Source: Corallochytrium limacisporum Hawaii (taxonomy: Eukaryota > Protista > Pluriformea). Taken from it: DNA of 64,000 bases. The stretch covers positions 62,001-126,000 of the forward strand of contig PDIP01000007.1 of the NCBI GenBank assembly GCA_002811645.1, in the 5' to 3' direction. Shown piece by piece: positions 43,847-54,616 of the stretch. The notes beneath the pieces were generated by a model. That model worked only from the letters and a program-made list of their open reading frames with translations, was not told where the DNA came from and ran no database searches. Each line of letters starts with the position of its first letter. Position 1 is the first letter of the stretch. A program made the translations under genes and the position numbers.

Positions 43847-44335
43847 TTAGCGATAAGATTTCGCAATATACTTTTGATGGTACTCCTCAGCATCATACCA
43901 ACTGCCGGCCTTCTCCAGAGCCGTGTTACTCTTGGTCTTGTGGAGCCCTTCGTAAGCCTTCTTGGCATTCAGAGCCGCCTTCTTTTGCTCATCGTCTAGA
44001 TAGAAGATGGCACTACGGTATTGTACGCTGCGGTTCATACCACGAGAGTTATGGGAGTTAAAGAATTTGTTCAACAACTCATCGGTTGATATCTGGGAGG
44101 GATCGTATTCAATGCGCACCGTCTCTGTGTGGTCTCCCATCCAATGGTACGTAGGGTTCTTCTTCTTGCCACCAGTATAACCGACAGTGGTTTTCAGCAC
44201 CCCAGGTGTGGCGTCGTACATCACCTGAGGATGCCAGAATCATCCGCTTGCGAGGTAAATGACCTGCGCTCCGGACTTTTCCGGAACAGCGGGGACGGCC
44301 CTGTCCTCCGATTTCAATTTGTCGAGGAAACCCAT
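43847..44335 (-). CDS. MSRA: Selenocysteine-containing peptide methionine sulfoxide reductase A (162 aa, Sec32)
   Basis: ATG at 44335 reads MGFLDKLKSEDRAVPAVPEKSGAQVIYLASG-TGA(44242-44240)-FWHPQV in frame into the track's ORF (VGYTGG, PTY, DHTE, QYRSAIF, AEEYHQKY). The TGA occupies the catalytic Cys position of GCFW. Confidence 0.93.
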
Positions 44336-45290
44336 GTTTGCTCCTTTTTGTTCCTGCGACCCAAATGCTCAGGGTATCGGTCCAGTACGAGATTAAAATA
44401 CCACTACACTAGTCTGTTCCGTACACTCCAGGAAGATCTTCATGGTTGCACTGGTACCAAAAACACATCCAGTAGAGCCAACTACAAAAGGGTCCAAAGG
44501 AAACTCCGGCTAATCGAACCCCGGCGACCCGCCAGTTGTGCACACTCTCAGCCCCGAGCCGCCGCGCAAAACGAATGGGTCAATATGCAATAGACGGAGT
44601 AGCGACGGCAAACCCACGGGCCGCGCTAATTTGAACGCTTATGTCTGGTACTGAATGTATGGCACCCACGGGCCCGGGGAAAGAATGATCGTGCGAGAAT
44701 GAAGACTCTCTTGGTCCCGTCGCGAGGGGGTGAGATTGGTACTGAATGTACTGAATGTTGGGTCGCCCTTTCTATGGGTCCACCAAAGCGATAAAAAAAG
44801 TTTCTGTGTGTCTCTCTTCCCGTCCCTCCTCTTGCCCCGGCATGGGCCCATAGAACTACTCAAATCGCGTAGAAAATGTACCACCGGACGTGGGCGGTAG
44901 TGTCTCGTTCTCTGTTGAAACTGGCCTGCCTTTGGTTATCCGTGCCTGTCTCTTTCCCTTTCCCCCCCTCTGTCCTTTTTCTCCCTTCCCTTTCTAGACC
45001 TCATCCCCCGCCTAGTCTGGTGGAGGGCGAGGGCGAGGAAGAGGGCGACAGGGTCAGGGTAAGGATCGCAGAGACAGCATTCGGATCGAACCCCAGGCCA
45101 GAAAGCAGCAATGGTTTCAGGCGCGTTGAAGGAAAGCCAGGCCACTGACACGTCTACCCAGTGTACAAATGTGTATCAAGGACGACGGTCCATTGATGAG
45201 GAAATGAAAATGTAATATATATTGATCTGCAGAGGCCTTTCCGAGTTAATCATGGTTGGGTATCGAAATGAGATGTTTTGTTGATACACT

Positions 45291-46442
45291 TTACAGCTGC
45301 ATAGTTTCATCCTCTTCATCTTCACCTCCTCCGTAAAGATCTGATTGCATCACTCGCAGCATAGCAGGAGCATCCCTAGCTTCAAATTCAAGCTCATCGT
45401 GGAAGAACTCTGGAAGTTCAAAGCGGAGTCCATTCAGGTCCGAGAGCGGCATGAATGTGCACTGCCGGCGGTTCTTGAAGTCCAGGTGGAATTGGAACAT
45501 CTGGTCTCCACCATTGTTGTAGAGCCTACAGTTGAAGCGAGTGCCTTCCATATCAGACCGAGACTCCTCGCTGACAACGTCTGTCTGAATGGCTGACAGG
45601 GTGCGATAAAATTGGAGTTTCTTTGAGGACCTCTGTGCCTCCAATTCAAGCTTAGCCATCCTCTGTTCCAGCTTACGGTTTTCTTGCTCCAAAATCTTCA
45701 TTTGACCTGTCTTGTGATCGTTGTCTGTCTGAAGCTCCACCTTTTCCTCCTTGACCTGCTGCAATTGCTCCCTCAATTCGTCAACAACTGCTTGGTCGCT
45801 TCCAGTCTGTCGATTTTGGCGCCTGAGGGCTGAGCATTGATCTTCAAGGGCTCTTACCATTTTCTCCGCATGCTGAGCATCCACCGTCTTATCGTTGAGC
45901 TGTTTCTTCAAAGATTCGATTCTCTGAGACTGGCTCATGAGAATCCGATTTGCCTCTTCTTCCATAAGGTCAGCTGCGGCCTGCATTCCCTGCAGCTGCC
46001 TTCTGGCTTCCATCATTTGCATCCGCATGTGTGACTCCGGGTCACTGCCGAGATAATCGTCAGACAGGTCCGCAATGGGCGTCTCATACAGGTTGGTTCC
46101 ACTGAACCCTGGGCGCATTGACTGATAGCTAGAAACAGGAGGCTGCGCCTGGGGCCTGTTCATGGAAACACGTGGCACCTTCGATGCGGCCTCTGCTGCA
46201 TCTCCATACTTAAGTGCTTTTGCAGTGCCCTCCATGTCTGTATTGCGCGGCTTGAAAGCCTGCTTGTTTGTAATGTCCCGCATCCCACGACGGCGCCGGG
46301 TGGGTAGATCCTCATCCCCGAATGGATTACTAACCTTGGCAGCAGCACGGCCCTTGGCCCGGTTGGAGAAACCTCCGTCTGCAATCATATCTTCCGCCAG
46401 AGTGCCAACCTCCGGACGGGCTCGCCTAACTCGGCCGCTCAT
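45291..46442 (-). CDS. CSM1: Monopolin subunit Csm1/Pcs1-like (coiled coil + RWD domain)
   Basis: Coiled coil, then FYRTLSAI..FNCRL..FQFHL..TFMP..LPEFFHDELEFEARDAPAMLRVM, resembling the Csm1/Pcs1/TITAN9 C-terminus. Confidence 0.7.
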   Translation of the reverse strand: MSGRVRRARPEVGTLAEDMIADGGFSNRAKGRAAAKVSNPFGDEDLPTRRRRGMRDITNKQAFKPRNTDMEGTAKALKYGDAAEAASKVPRVSMNRPQAQPPVSSYQSMRPGFSGTNLYETPIADLSDDYLGSDPESHMRMQMMEARRQLQGMQAAADLMEEEANRILMSQSQRIESLKKQLNDKTVDAQHAEKMVRALEDQCSALRRQNRQTGSDQAVVDELREQLQQVKEEKVELQTDNDHKTGQMKILEQENRKLEQRMAKLELEAQRSSKKLQFYRTLSAIQTDVVSEESRSDMEGTRFNCRLYNNGGDQMFQFHLDFKNRRQCTFMPLSDLNGLRFELPEFFHDELEFEARDAPAMLRVMQSDLYGGGEDEEDETMQL

Positions 46443-47297
46443 CTCGAAGAATTATATTTTCTGTAGTCTTCGCCTTTTCACGATTGATGATCGCAATGGA
46501 AATAGCAAAATGGCCTCTGGATTGTCGTGTAACATCTTAATCTACCTTAGAGGTCGTGGAATAGCTGCACATTGCACAGCAAACCATCCTTGTACGCCAG
46601 CGCATCATTTTCCGGGTTCCTATAAACTGAGTCGATGTTAACACTCCGGGGGTGATATCGAAGACACTGCTTCCAGTTTCGCGCTTGACTTCGTATTCCC
46701 TTAAGAGAAGGCGACCCACAGACGGCTGCTATGTGCTCGACAATCAATCGCGGTTGGGCTTGTTACCGCTGGGGTCCTGACCCGTCCTTCTCTGGACCCA
46801 CCTGTGAAAGAGCGCTCCAGTACGGGAAGTACTGCAACATACCAAGTCCAAAATTTGCGCGCGCTTTTTCCTCCGGGGTACCCTCGCCCTCGGTACTGTG
46901 GTCTACGAGTCAGTTCGGTACTGAATGTACTCTCGGTATTTTGGGCGGGAACGGACCCTGGGTAGGGGCTGCCCTTTGGAGGGGAAGGGGCGGGACGGAC
47001 TGGGGGCCGCTGACAAAGTCAAGTCGTTGGAAACCGCCACCCAAGTTCGCGCGCTGGGATTGCGCTTCTGAGTGCCTTCTCCTTCTCCACTCTTGGTTCT
47101 GTTGGACGGCCCTCTGGTTACCCGCAACTTACCGATGATGTCGGCACTGTGGTAAGAGGCCAACAGTGTTTATGTGGCATAGGAAGCAGGCCCTATCTGG
47201 TATTCAAACGTATTTGAGACGACCGATGGTAATCAGTTCGGGCTAGCAGGATACGAGAAATTGGGAAACACACAAACATTTCTTGATCCGACTCAGC

Positions 47298-48038
47298 ATG
47301 CACGAACAGTTCAAGAGTGAGTTGGACGATTTCCAACACCGAAAGTTTGGTCCCTGGAGGGACCAGCAGATTCTCACTATCGATGAGAAGTATCGTCGGG
47401 ATATGCGACAGCAATTAGATGTCCATCGGGAGCAGGTCGATAGGCGACAAGGAATTCTGCAGCATGCTGAGGAGCGCCTGGCTGAAAACAAGGCCATTCT
47501 TGGTCAGCGTGACGAGGAAGTGTCGTCCATACACAGGGAGGTTACTGAGCTCAAGTCTTTGGTAAACAACAACGAACTCCGCAAGACTAGTCTTCTACGG
47601 GACATTCAGAATATCGAAAACAACGCCTCGACGACAAAGGACCGCATTGACAAGCAATATCGGATGGGTCAGCAGCGTGCCAGTGCCATCATAAAGGACA
47701 TCGCTCTGTGCAAGACACGTATGGGACTCCGTATTGAGACAATTGCAACAAAGGGAAACGAGACAAGAACGTTAGTTCGGTTTGCCTTCACTTGCATCGA
47801 TTTCAATGACTGGGATCGGGAATTCATTTTGGATGTGTCCGCCGAGGACGACTATGTTGTCGAGAACTGTCAGCCACCTCTCGACTTTGCATTGGAAATC
47901 TTTAAGCTAAATGCCAGGGAAATGAGTTTCAATGATTTCATTCGCGCAGTACGAAAGAAGTTCCAGGAGACCGTACAGCCGAGAAATCAAAACGCACTAT
48001 CAGAGGCTGCGGCCGCAGAATTTATGAACAAAGCATAA
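47298..48038 (+). CDS. SPC25: Kinetochore Ndc80-complex subunit Spc25
   Basis: Coiled coil, then MGLRIE..RFAFTCID..REF..YVVENCQPPL..LN..FNDFIRAVRKKF. Start set at the first ATG. Confidence 0.88.
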   Translation: MHEQFKSELDDFQHRKFGPWRDQQILTIDEKYRRDMRQQLDVHREQVDRRQGILQHAEERLAENKAILGQRDEEVSSIHREVTELKSLVNNNELRKTSLLRDIQNIENNASTTKDRIDKQYRMGQQRASAIIKDIALCKTRMGLRIETIATKGNETRTLVRFAFTCIDFNDWDREFILDVSAEDDYVVENCQPPLDFALEIFKLNAREMSFNDFIRAVRKKFQETVQPRNQNALSEAAAAEFMNKA

Positions 48039-48092
48039 AATCGATATGCAACTACGTATTTAGGACCTACTATTGTTTTTTCTACTGTACAG

Positions 48093-49106
48093 TCATGATT
48101 GGTTGGGAGAGACGCCAGTGCGGGATTCAAACTCTCCACGAAGGTATGTGTTCAGATACTCCGGATCTAGTACCATCTGTTTCGTATCCATGGAGCTAAG
48201 AATTTGCTTCCATGTGGGCATTTTTTGCAGAACCCTCGGTAAGTATTTCTTCTCAATCATCTTCATCCAGTCCGCCACTACGTCCGCATCATCACTACTC
48301 TGTACGAAATCCTCAAGGTCCTGCACAATACGCAATGTTGCCGGTTCGTCGATGTCAGCCAGTTTGCTAAGGTTCCTGGCCATCATCAGCCGCTCGTCGT
48401 ATAGTTCCTTGTCTGCAGAAACTCCCTCAGGATCCTCCAGAGGAATCCGGAGCAACGCACGAACTAAAGATCTTGCGATGAACCATGAATCACTGTCAAC
48501 AGGAGTGAGTACGTCGCTGATGTAGAATTCCCGAGGTTGATGACGACGATTCAGTTCGAAGAGTTTCCGATCTGATGTAAGGGGCAGATCGGGCATGCGG
48601 ACCTCCTTGATGCTTTCAATAGTAATGCCTGCTGCCATCCCATTTTCATCTACTTCGTTCGCAGTTCCGGCGGAAATGATACCGGCGCTGCCATAGTTAT
48701 CCCATATTTCTCTTGGTGACGAAAGCTGACCGGTGCCTCGCACATATTCTTGATCGGCAATAAAATTGGCATTATCAGGGATTCTGAGCTGTAGAATGAC
48801 CGGTAAATCCGGTTTTTTACCTGTCTTTAAGTGATTGTAGGCGGCGACAGTGGCCAAACCTGGGTCTGAGCTGACCCAAAGTGGCTGAAATTCATCACTT
48901 GGCTCTGAGCCATTTCTCAGCGAGACTGCGCGGGATGAGATAATCTTGTACAAATTTCCAGCTGATGTTCCATGCCAGACGATATGGTAAGCTTTTAACG
49001 TTCCAGTTGGTTCCGTTCCTGTTGTGAAATTTCGCGCGCAGGGTAATCCGAGTGCTTTGGTCACTGATTTCCGCACCAGCACACCAGCTGATCGCACAGA
49101 GAGCAT
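48093..49106 (-). CDS. Mitochondrion-targeted protein with ADP-ribosyltransferase-like (HGT) motif
   Basis: Basic, acid-free presequence ending ARNF/T; WHGTS..I..; LWVSSDPGLA..AY; VILQLRIP, in the strand order of the ART/Tpt1 fold. The CDS is secure, the function is inferred. Confidence 0.6.
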   Translation of the reverse strand: MLSVRSAGVLVRKSVTKALGLPCARNFTTGTEPTGTLKAYHIVWHGTSAGNLYKIISSRAVSLRNGSEPSDEFQPLWVSSDPGLATVAAYNHLKTGKKPDLPVILQLRIPDNANFIADQEYVRGTGQLSSPREIWDNYGSAGIISAGTANEVDENGMAAGITIESIKEVRMPDLPLTSDRKLFELNRRHQPREFYISDVLTPVDSDSWFIARSLVRALLRIPLEDPEGVSADKELYDERLMMARNLSKLADIDEPATLRIVQDLEDFVQSSDDADVVADWMKMIEKKYLPRVLQKMPTWKQILSSMDTKQMVLDPEYLNTYLRGEFESRTGVSPNQS

Positions 49107-49756
49107 CTTGGTCTATGCACCTAAGCCAAACCAAATTACTGCCAAAGAATTTCCTGTGTGCTGTACAAACACCTCATGCCAGGGTTAGCATGACGCCAAA
49201 GTACACAGCTAGACCGGTCACCATCCATCAAATACCACAACGGAAACAACACACTTTTGTCAGGCCTTCCTCTGTGCAACCCTCACCCTTGGTTTCACAA
49301 TCAATAGCTTTGAATTTCAGAGATACCCCGTATAAACATACCCCCCATTCACAGTTTCCTCTGACACCGCGGGCAGCTCCCCACTTCGCCCCCCCCCCCC
49401 CGGGGAATCCACGCGGAGACTCGCACCACATTGAAGGGACCCGCCTTGGGAGGGCGCGCGTGGGGCGAAAGCTAAGGTCTTGCAAGGGAATTCGTTTCTT
49501 GACAGTTCTTGGTGAATTTATGCGACACAGAGAGCCATGTTTTTGAAATCGTGATCAAAATTGACTAATCATGACAATAATAGTTGAGGGTATTTGAGAA
49601 CCCTTCTAATTTCGGTCTAGAAGACCTATGATCAGAATATTGAACGGACCAAAGTTCGAAGAAAAATTGTCCTCATACAGTGATTTGTTCTGAATAATGT
49701 AATTGGGATATTGAGGACACTTGAGCAGTGGAACAGGAGATATTGTGTAGAAAGCT

Positions 49757-50833
49757 ATGGCTCCTGCGAAACAGAATGGAGTCGTCAGCAGCGACGACTC
49801 GCTTATGCAACTAATTGGCGAGACAAGCGCTTTCTTTAACAGACTGACCTCTCTAGTACCACAGAAATATTATAACACAGATCAGTATGCTGCCGAAGCT
49901 GCAAGCGGGAAATACATGAAGCATAAGAATTTTGCAAAGACAAAAGAAGGTAAGGTAGCAATTTTAAAGAATCGCAAGCGGAAACTCGACCCCGAGGAGC
50001 CGAACGACGCGGCTGCTGCCGACAATACTGCTTTAGAAGAACCCATCGTCAATCCCGTGGCACCTGTCAAAAAGGCAAAACTTAATGCCTCTATCACAGA
50101 GTTGCGAGCACGTCTTAAAGCCCGTCTTGATGAGTTGCGTGGTAACCGGCCTGAGGTCAAAGCTGAGGACGGCAAGCCAAAACGTCTGGACAAGACAGAG
50201 CAAAAGAAGCTGAAGAAAAAGCTGGCCAGGCAGCGTGCTAAGGAGCGGAAGCAATTGGCTCGTGAAAAGGCCAATGGACCGACAGAGCTTAGTACATCCA
50301 ACCTTGGAACACCAAATGCAAAGACCGGAGGAGTAACCGTCGACACTCCCGAGGGACCTGAGATAGTTTACTCCAAATTTGACCTTGCGGCATCGGGCTC
50401 CGTTGGACGCAAACGCACATGGAAGAAGCCTCTCAAGGAACAACTCAAGAAAGTGGTGAAGAAGGAACAGAAGCTGACTGAGCTGAAGGACACAAATCCC
50501 GAGGCGTTTGTGGAGAAGAAGCAGGATGCTGCATGGGATCGTAGTCTAAAGCATGCAGAAGGAGAGAAAGTTCTTGACAACCCTACTCTTTTGAAGAAGA
50601 CCTTGAAGCGGGAAGAGAAGCTGAAGCAACGATCGTCGAAGAAGTGGCAAGAACGTAAGGATGCGCAGGACAAGGGTGTCAAGTTCCGCCAGGACAAGCG
50701 TGAAGCAAACATCCAGGCTCGGGTTCAAGCCAGGAAGGACCCCAAGGGTGCAAAGAAGAATGCTAAGAAAGCACGCGCAGGATTCGAGGGCAAAAAGAAG
50801 CTTGGTGGCGGCAAGAAGAAGAGTAAGAAGTAA
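49757..50833 (+). CDS. SURF6: SURF6/Rrp14 ribosome biogenesis protein
   Basis: RRP14-like N-terminus (FNRLTSLVPQKYY); SURF6 C-terminus AEGEKVLDNPTLLKKTLKR..SSKKWQER..RAGFEG. Confidence 0.93.
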   Translation: MAPAKQNGVVSSDDSLMQLIGETSAFFNRLTSLVPQKYYNTDQYAAEAASGKYMKHKNFAKTKEGKVAILKNRKRKLDPEEPNDAAAADNTALEEPIVNPVAPVKKAKLNASITELRARLKARLDELRGNRPEVKAEDGKPKRLDKTEQKKLKKKLARQRAKERKQLAREKANGPTELSTSNLGTPNAKTGGVTVDTPEGPEIVYSKFDLAASGSVGRKRTWKKPLKEQLKKVVKKEQKLTELKDTNPEAFVEKKQDAAWDRSLKHAEGEKVLDNPTLLKKTLKREEKLKQRSSKKWQERKDAQDKGVKFRQDKREANIQARVQARKDPKGAKKNAKKARAGFEGKKKLGGGKKKSKK

Positions 50834-51275
50834 AGAACAGGCCCAACACTATATCACCATTATACAACCATAGATCACATTATTGTTAAGTTGCTATCGC
50901 GGCCGAGTGTGTGCACGTATTCTGACCCTTGCCTGCGGCGTTACTCTGCAAGAACCCGTCCCCCCAACCCCATTCCCTCAGCTTCTCGGGAGGGAGCAAA
51001 ATCTTTGCTCCCAGTCGCCTCTCTGGCGAGCAGTAGTGCAACTATCCGAATGGCTGCAAACTCTACAGTACAATGGGTATAGCTGGAGTATTCCTGTTTA
51101 TTGCAACTGATTTTCAAGCGACGGGGATGCCTCCGCGTCTCCCGGAGTCTGAGCTGTGAGGTCATCACCTCACGGAGAGTTCGGTTTTGCTGCGCGCATC
51201 AGCAAAACCAGGCAACAGGAAATTGGATACGCAGGTACTCGGGAGCTTCATAAGATCCTTCGGATAAATTTATTG

Positions 51276-52163
51276 ATGGCGGACCTCATAGCACGCGGAT
51301 TTCTTAGCATTAAAGACCGTAGTATGTCAGCATCAAGACCTGTTTTGGTTGCTGTGGCGCAAACATGTTGCACTCGGGATATCGCGCGGAATTTAGAAGA
51401 ATGCATGAAACTGATCAAACGCGCAAGTTCCAGTGGTGCGAAAATGTTATTCTTGCCCGAAGCTGTAGATTTCATTGGTGAGTCCAGAGACGACACCTAC
51501 GACCTGGCAATGACAGACGGATCTGCGTGGTTGGATGAGTATTGCAAAGCAGCAAAGGAGCACGCAATATGGTTGTCACTGGGAGGCATCCATCAGAGAT
51601 GTGCGAGTGTGGACGGAAGACGCATCTACAATCGTCACCTCCTCTTGAACTCCTCGGGTACTGTCTGTGGACAGTATGATAAACTGCATATGTTCGATAT
51701 TGACATCAAAGACGGCCCTCGCCTGATGGAGAGCTCATGGACAAAGCCAGGAGACGGTATCACAGACCCAATTGAAACGCCAGCAGGTAGCGTGGGTCTT
51801 GGTATTTGCTATGACATGCGGTTTCCTGAGTTTGCGACACATCTACGTCGCCGTGGGGCGACCATCTTAACATATCCTTCCGCATTCACAGAGAAAACAG
51901 GAGCTGCGCATTGGGAGGTCCTCCTGCGCTCAAGAGCCATCGAGACGCAATGCTATGTCATTGCTGCTGCACAAGCAGGAAAGCACAACAAGAAGCGTTC
52001 AAGTTATGGACACGCGCTGATTGTAGATCCATGGGGTGTCGTAGTTGCCCAAACTGGGGGTTCAGGATTCGGCCTTGCTTTTGCTGAAATCGATTTGTCA
52101 CAGCAGGAAGAAATTCGAAAATCGATGCCTACCTTTGAACATCGACGGGATGATGTGTACTGA
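51276..52163 (+). CDS. NIT1: Nit1 deaminated-glutathione amidase (nitrilase superfamily)
   Basis: Glu-Lys-Cys triad motifs LPEA, YDKLHMFD, ICYDMRFPE; TGAAHWEVLLRSRAIETQCYV. In-frame ATGs at 51276 and 51324. Confidence 0.93.
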   Translation: MADLIARGFLSIKDRSMSASRPVLVAVAQTCCTRDIARNLEECMKLIKRASSSGAKMLFLPEAVDFIGESRDDTYDLAMTDGSAWLDEYCKAAKEHAIWLSLGGIHQRCASVDGRRIYNRHLLLNSSGTVCGQYDKLHMFDIDIKDGPRLMESSWTKPGDGITDPIETPAGSVGLGICYDMRFPEFATHLRRRGATILTYPSAFTEKTGAAHWEVLLRSRAIETQCYVIAAAQAGKHNKKRSSYGHALIVDPWGVVVAQTGGSGFGLAFAEIDLSQQEEIRKSMPTFEHRRDDVY

Positions 52164-54616
52164 TGGTGGCGAAGAAGACGATGGAAAGATTATAGCGCTG
52201 CCTTACAAAGATGGATTGAAAGGGGAAGGTGCTTATGCTCCTTGGATCTGGACAATTGTCCGTGTCCTTCTCATCGGTGAGCACTTGACATTGGACTGAC
52301 TAACCCACGCCTGCATCATGGCTTGATTATCCTGCATGTTGGTTTAGATGGTACTCTGGCGGAGAACCGGAGTGCAATGACCCGAACCGTATGAACAAGA
52401 ATAAAGAAAGACTTCGACGTGCGTAGTCCGCACCGGCGAATGCCAGTTTCAGTTAGTCTATGTTTCTGAACATGAAGAGCTAAGATCGGGGTCCAGAAGG
52501 CATAGTTGCCGATCATATTAGCCACTGCGCCTGCGATAACATGATAGTCACCACACCGACCAAAGATCCAGCACTCTCAGTCAACGTCTCCCCCGACAGT
52601 CTCATAACGACCGACCTTGTACATGAGCGCGAGATCTGACGAATAGATTGTCCGACACGGACACTTGCGACACGCATGATCTTCCCCCTTCTTCGATTCT
52701 CCGAATCATTTTTCTCCTGCCCTAGCCATCACATCCAGTGTGCCTCGTCTCCGAGGCAATGTCTTGGCTGGCTTTATGCCGTAGTTCTGATGACTACGTC
52801 GACTAAGATGAAGGCCATCAGGACTGTCCTGTCACTGTGAGCGCGGACAAGGTAAGGTCCTTGGATGCTCCGAGGGAGGGAGGGGTTCTTTAAATTGAGA
52901 ACACAGATGCAAATTTGTCAGGAAATTTGTTAGGAGTGCCCTGGATTTTCTGTGTATCAACTGAGCAACGCAAGAGCACTTCATCGGCCACAGCGCCTCT
53001 GCAGACACTCTGCATCCCCATCGAGTGGGCATCTCAGCGTCATTCACGGTCGAGCTTCGTATATGCGACAACATGCTGTTTGTTGAAGATCTTATCTGCT
53101 ATACTGTGACCTGAACGTTGTGCATTCCAACTGCCTTTCTACCAGTGCTGTGCTCAGTCCGTGCCTCCGGTCACTGCAACGTGTTTGCTCGCAAGCGCCT
53201 TGACGATGAAACAAACAAGTACAGCGCATTTGGTAGTATCTTACTTGGAAAACAGACCGTTATCAGTTCCTGGTACAGACTAGCGCTGTACAGGAGTGGA
53301 TTCCTGTATGTCCCCAAAGAAACACGAACCACCCTAGAAACATTCCCACTGACAAATTGCTGTTGTCACTTGGTTGTTACAGGCTCACTGATGTATGCTG
53401 AGTATCTGGCAGACTTCCCACGAGGCCAGCAAGCACGTATCCGAGACACTCTCCCCCTCTGTTTATCCGAACATTCACTATGGAGGTATGGCGTCCTAAG
53501 GACAGGGGGCCATATTGAGATATCTGATTTTTATCGCTTGTTGAAAGGAGTCCACACGACAAGACTGTAAGAGGCGCGGTGCCACTATTGAATCAGCAAA
53601 TTGTGGTAGTCTGCCGTAGGATATCCTATACGAACGCGCAATCGTGCTGTATCCACATCATTCTGTAAGTGCCCGGTTCTATCGAGCGGAGGAAAGAGAT
53701 GGCCATCTGTTGGTTTGGCACTGTCTCCCGCTGAAGTAGTGGTTAAAACCCCCCCCCCAGGGTCCGCCACCTGCGCGGTCCAACTTTTGAAAAAAAAAAA
53801 TTGCAGTAGGTGTGTGCCAGTGACAGGGTCCCAGCCCCTTGACCCCCCACACCAATGGGTGTGTACACCTGGCAGTGGAATCATTCTTGGCTCGGACTGT
53901 ATTACAAAGTAGCGGTCCTTTGAACATACCATGTATCAAATGAAGTCGTAAACCTGGTGTTCCAGCCAAATTTGTTGGCCATGATGACGAATACAAAGCT
54001 CTTTCCTTTTGGGAGACAAGAACGAGGATTCTGATGGCGGGGCCAGTCCACGCGCCATACTTATACACGCATACAAAGATCGGCTAAACGGATAAACACG
54101 AACTGTGCTTTGGTTCGATGCGAGGGACGGATTTGTGATTTGCAGTCAGCAATGCAAAATTAATACCACGGTACTCGACGAGACAAGGACGGGACCCAGA
54201 AAACCCCAACCGTAGTATCGAATGGCGGATACATGGTATTACACCCGGTGTCTACCGCCCTTGCCGATACTTCCGTTCTCCGAAGCCAACACACCCCTTG
54301 ATCTGATTAAGGAAGAGAAAGCAAGTCTTAGGGATTGCATAGAAATATGGCGCGGTGCAATGGCAAAGTAGTGCAAGAGTGACTTTGGGTTGGGCTGTGG
54401 GTGTAGGGGGGGGGGGAGAGCGAGTGAGTGGCAAACCGTACGGGAGCGCATGTGTGCGTAGATCATCCACTATGCAAAAATTGTGTGCATGGATAGCAAT
54501 TGATCTGTTTATTCAAGTTATCGAATTTGTGTTTGAACCTTAATCTGCGTGGGGTTTGTTTAGGTCAGGAAGACCTGACCATTGTGATTTCAATGAGCCA
54601 TTGGAAGAGAGTTGCT

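Noticed and set aside
43847-44224. ORF-track 125-aa MsrA fragment read as a truncated gene or pseudogene
   Set aside because: The upstream TGA sits exactly at the catalytic residue and a SECIS is present, so Sec recoding explains it better.
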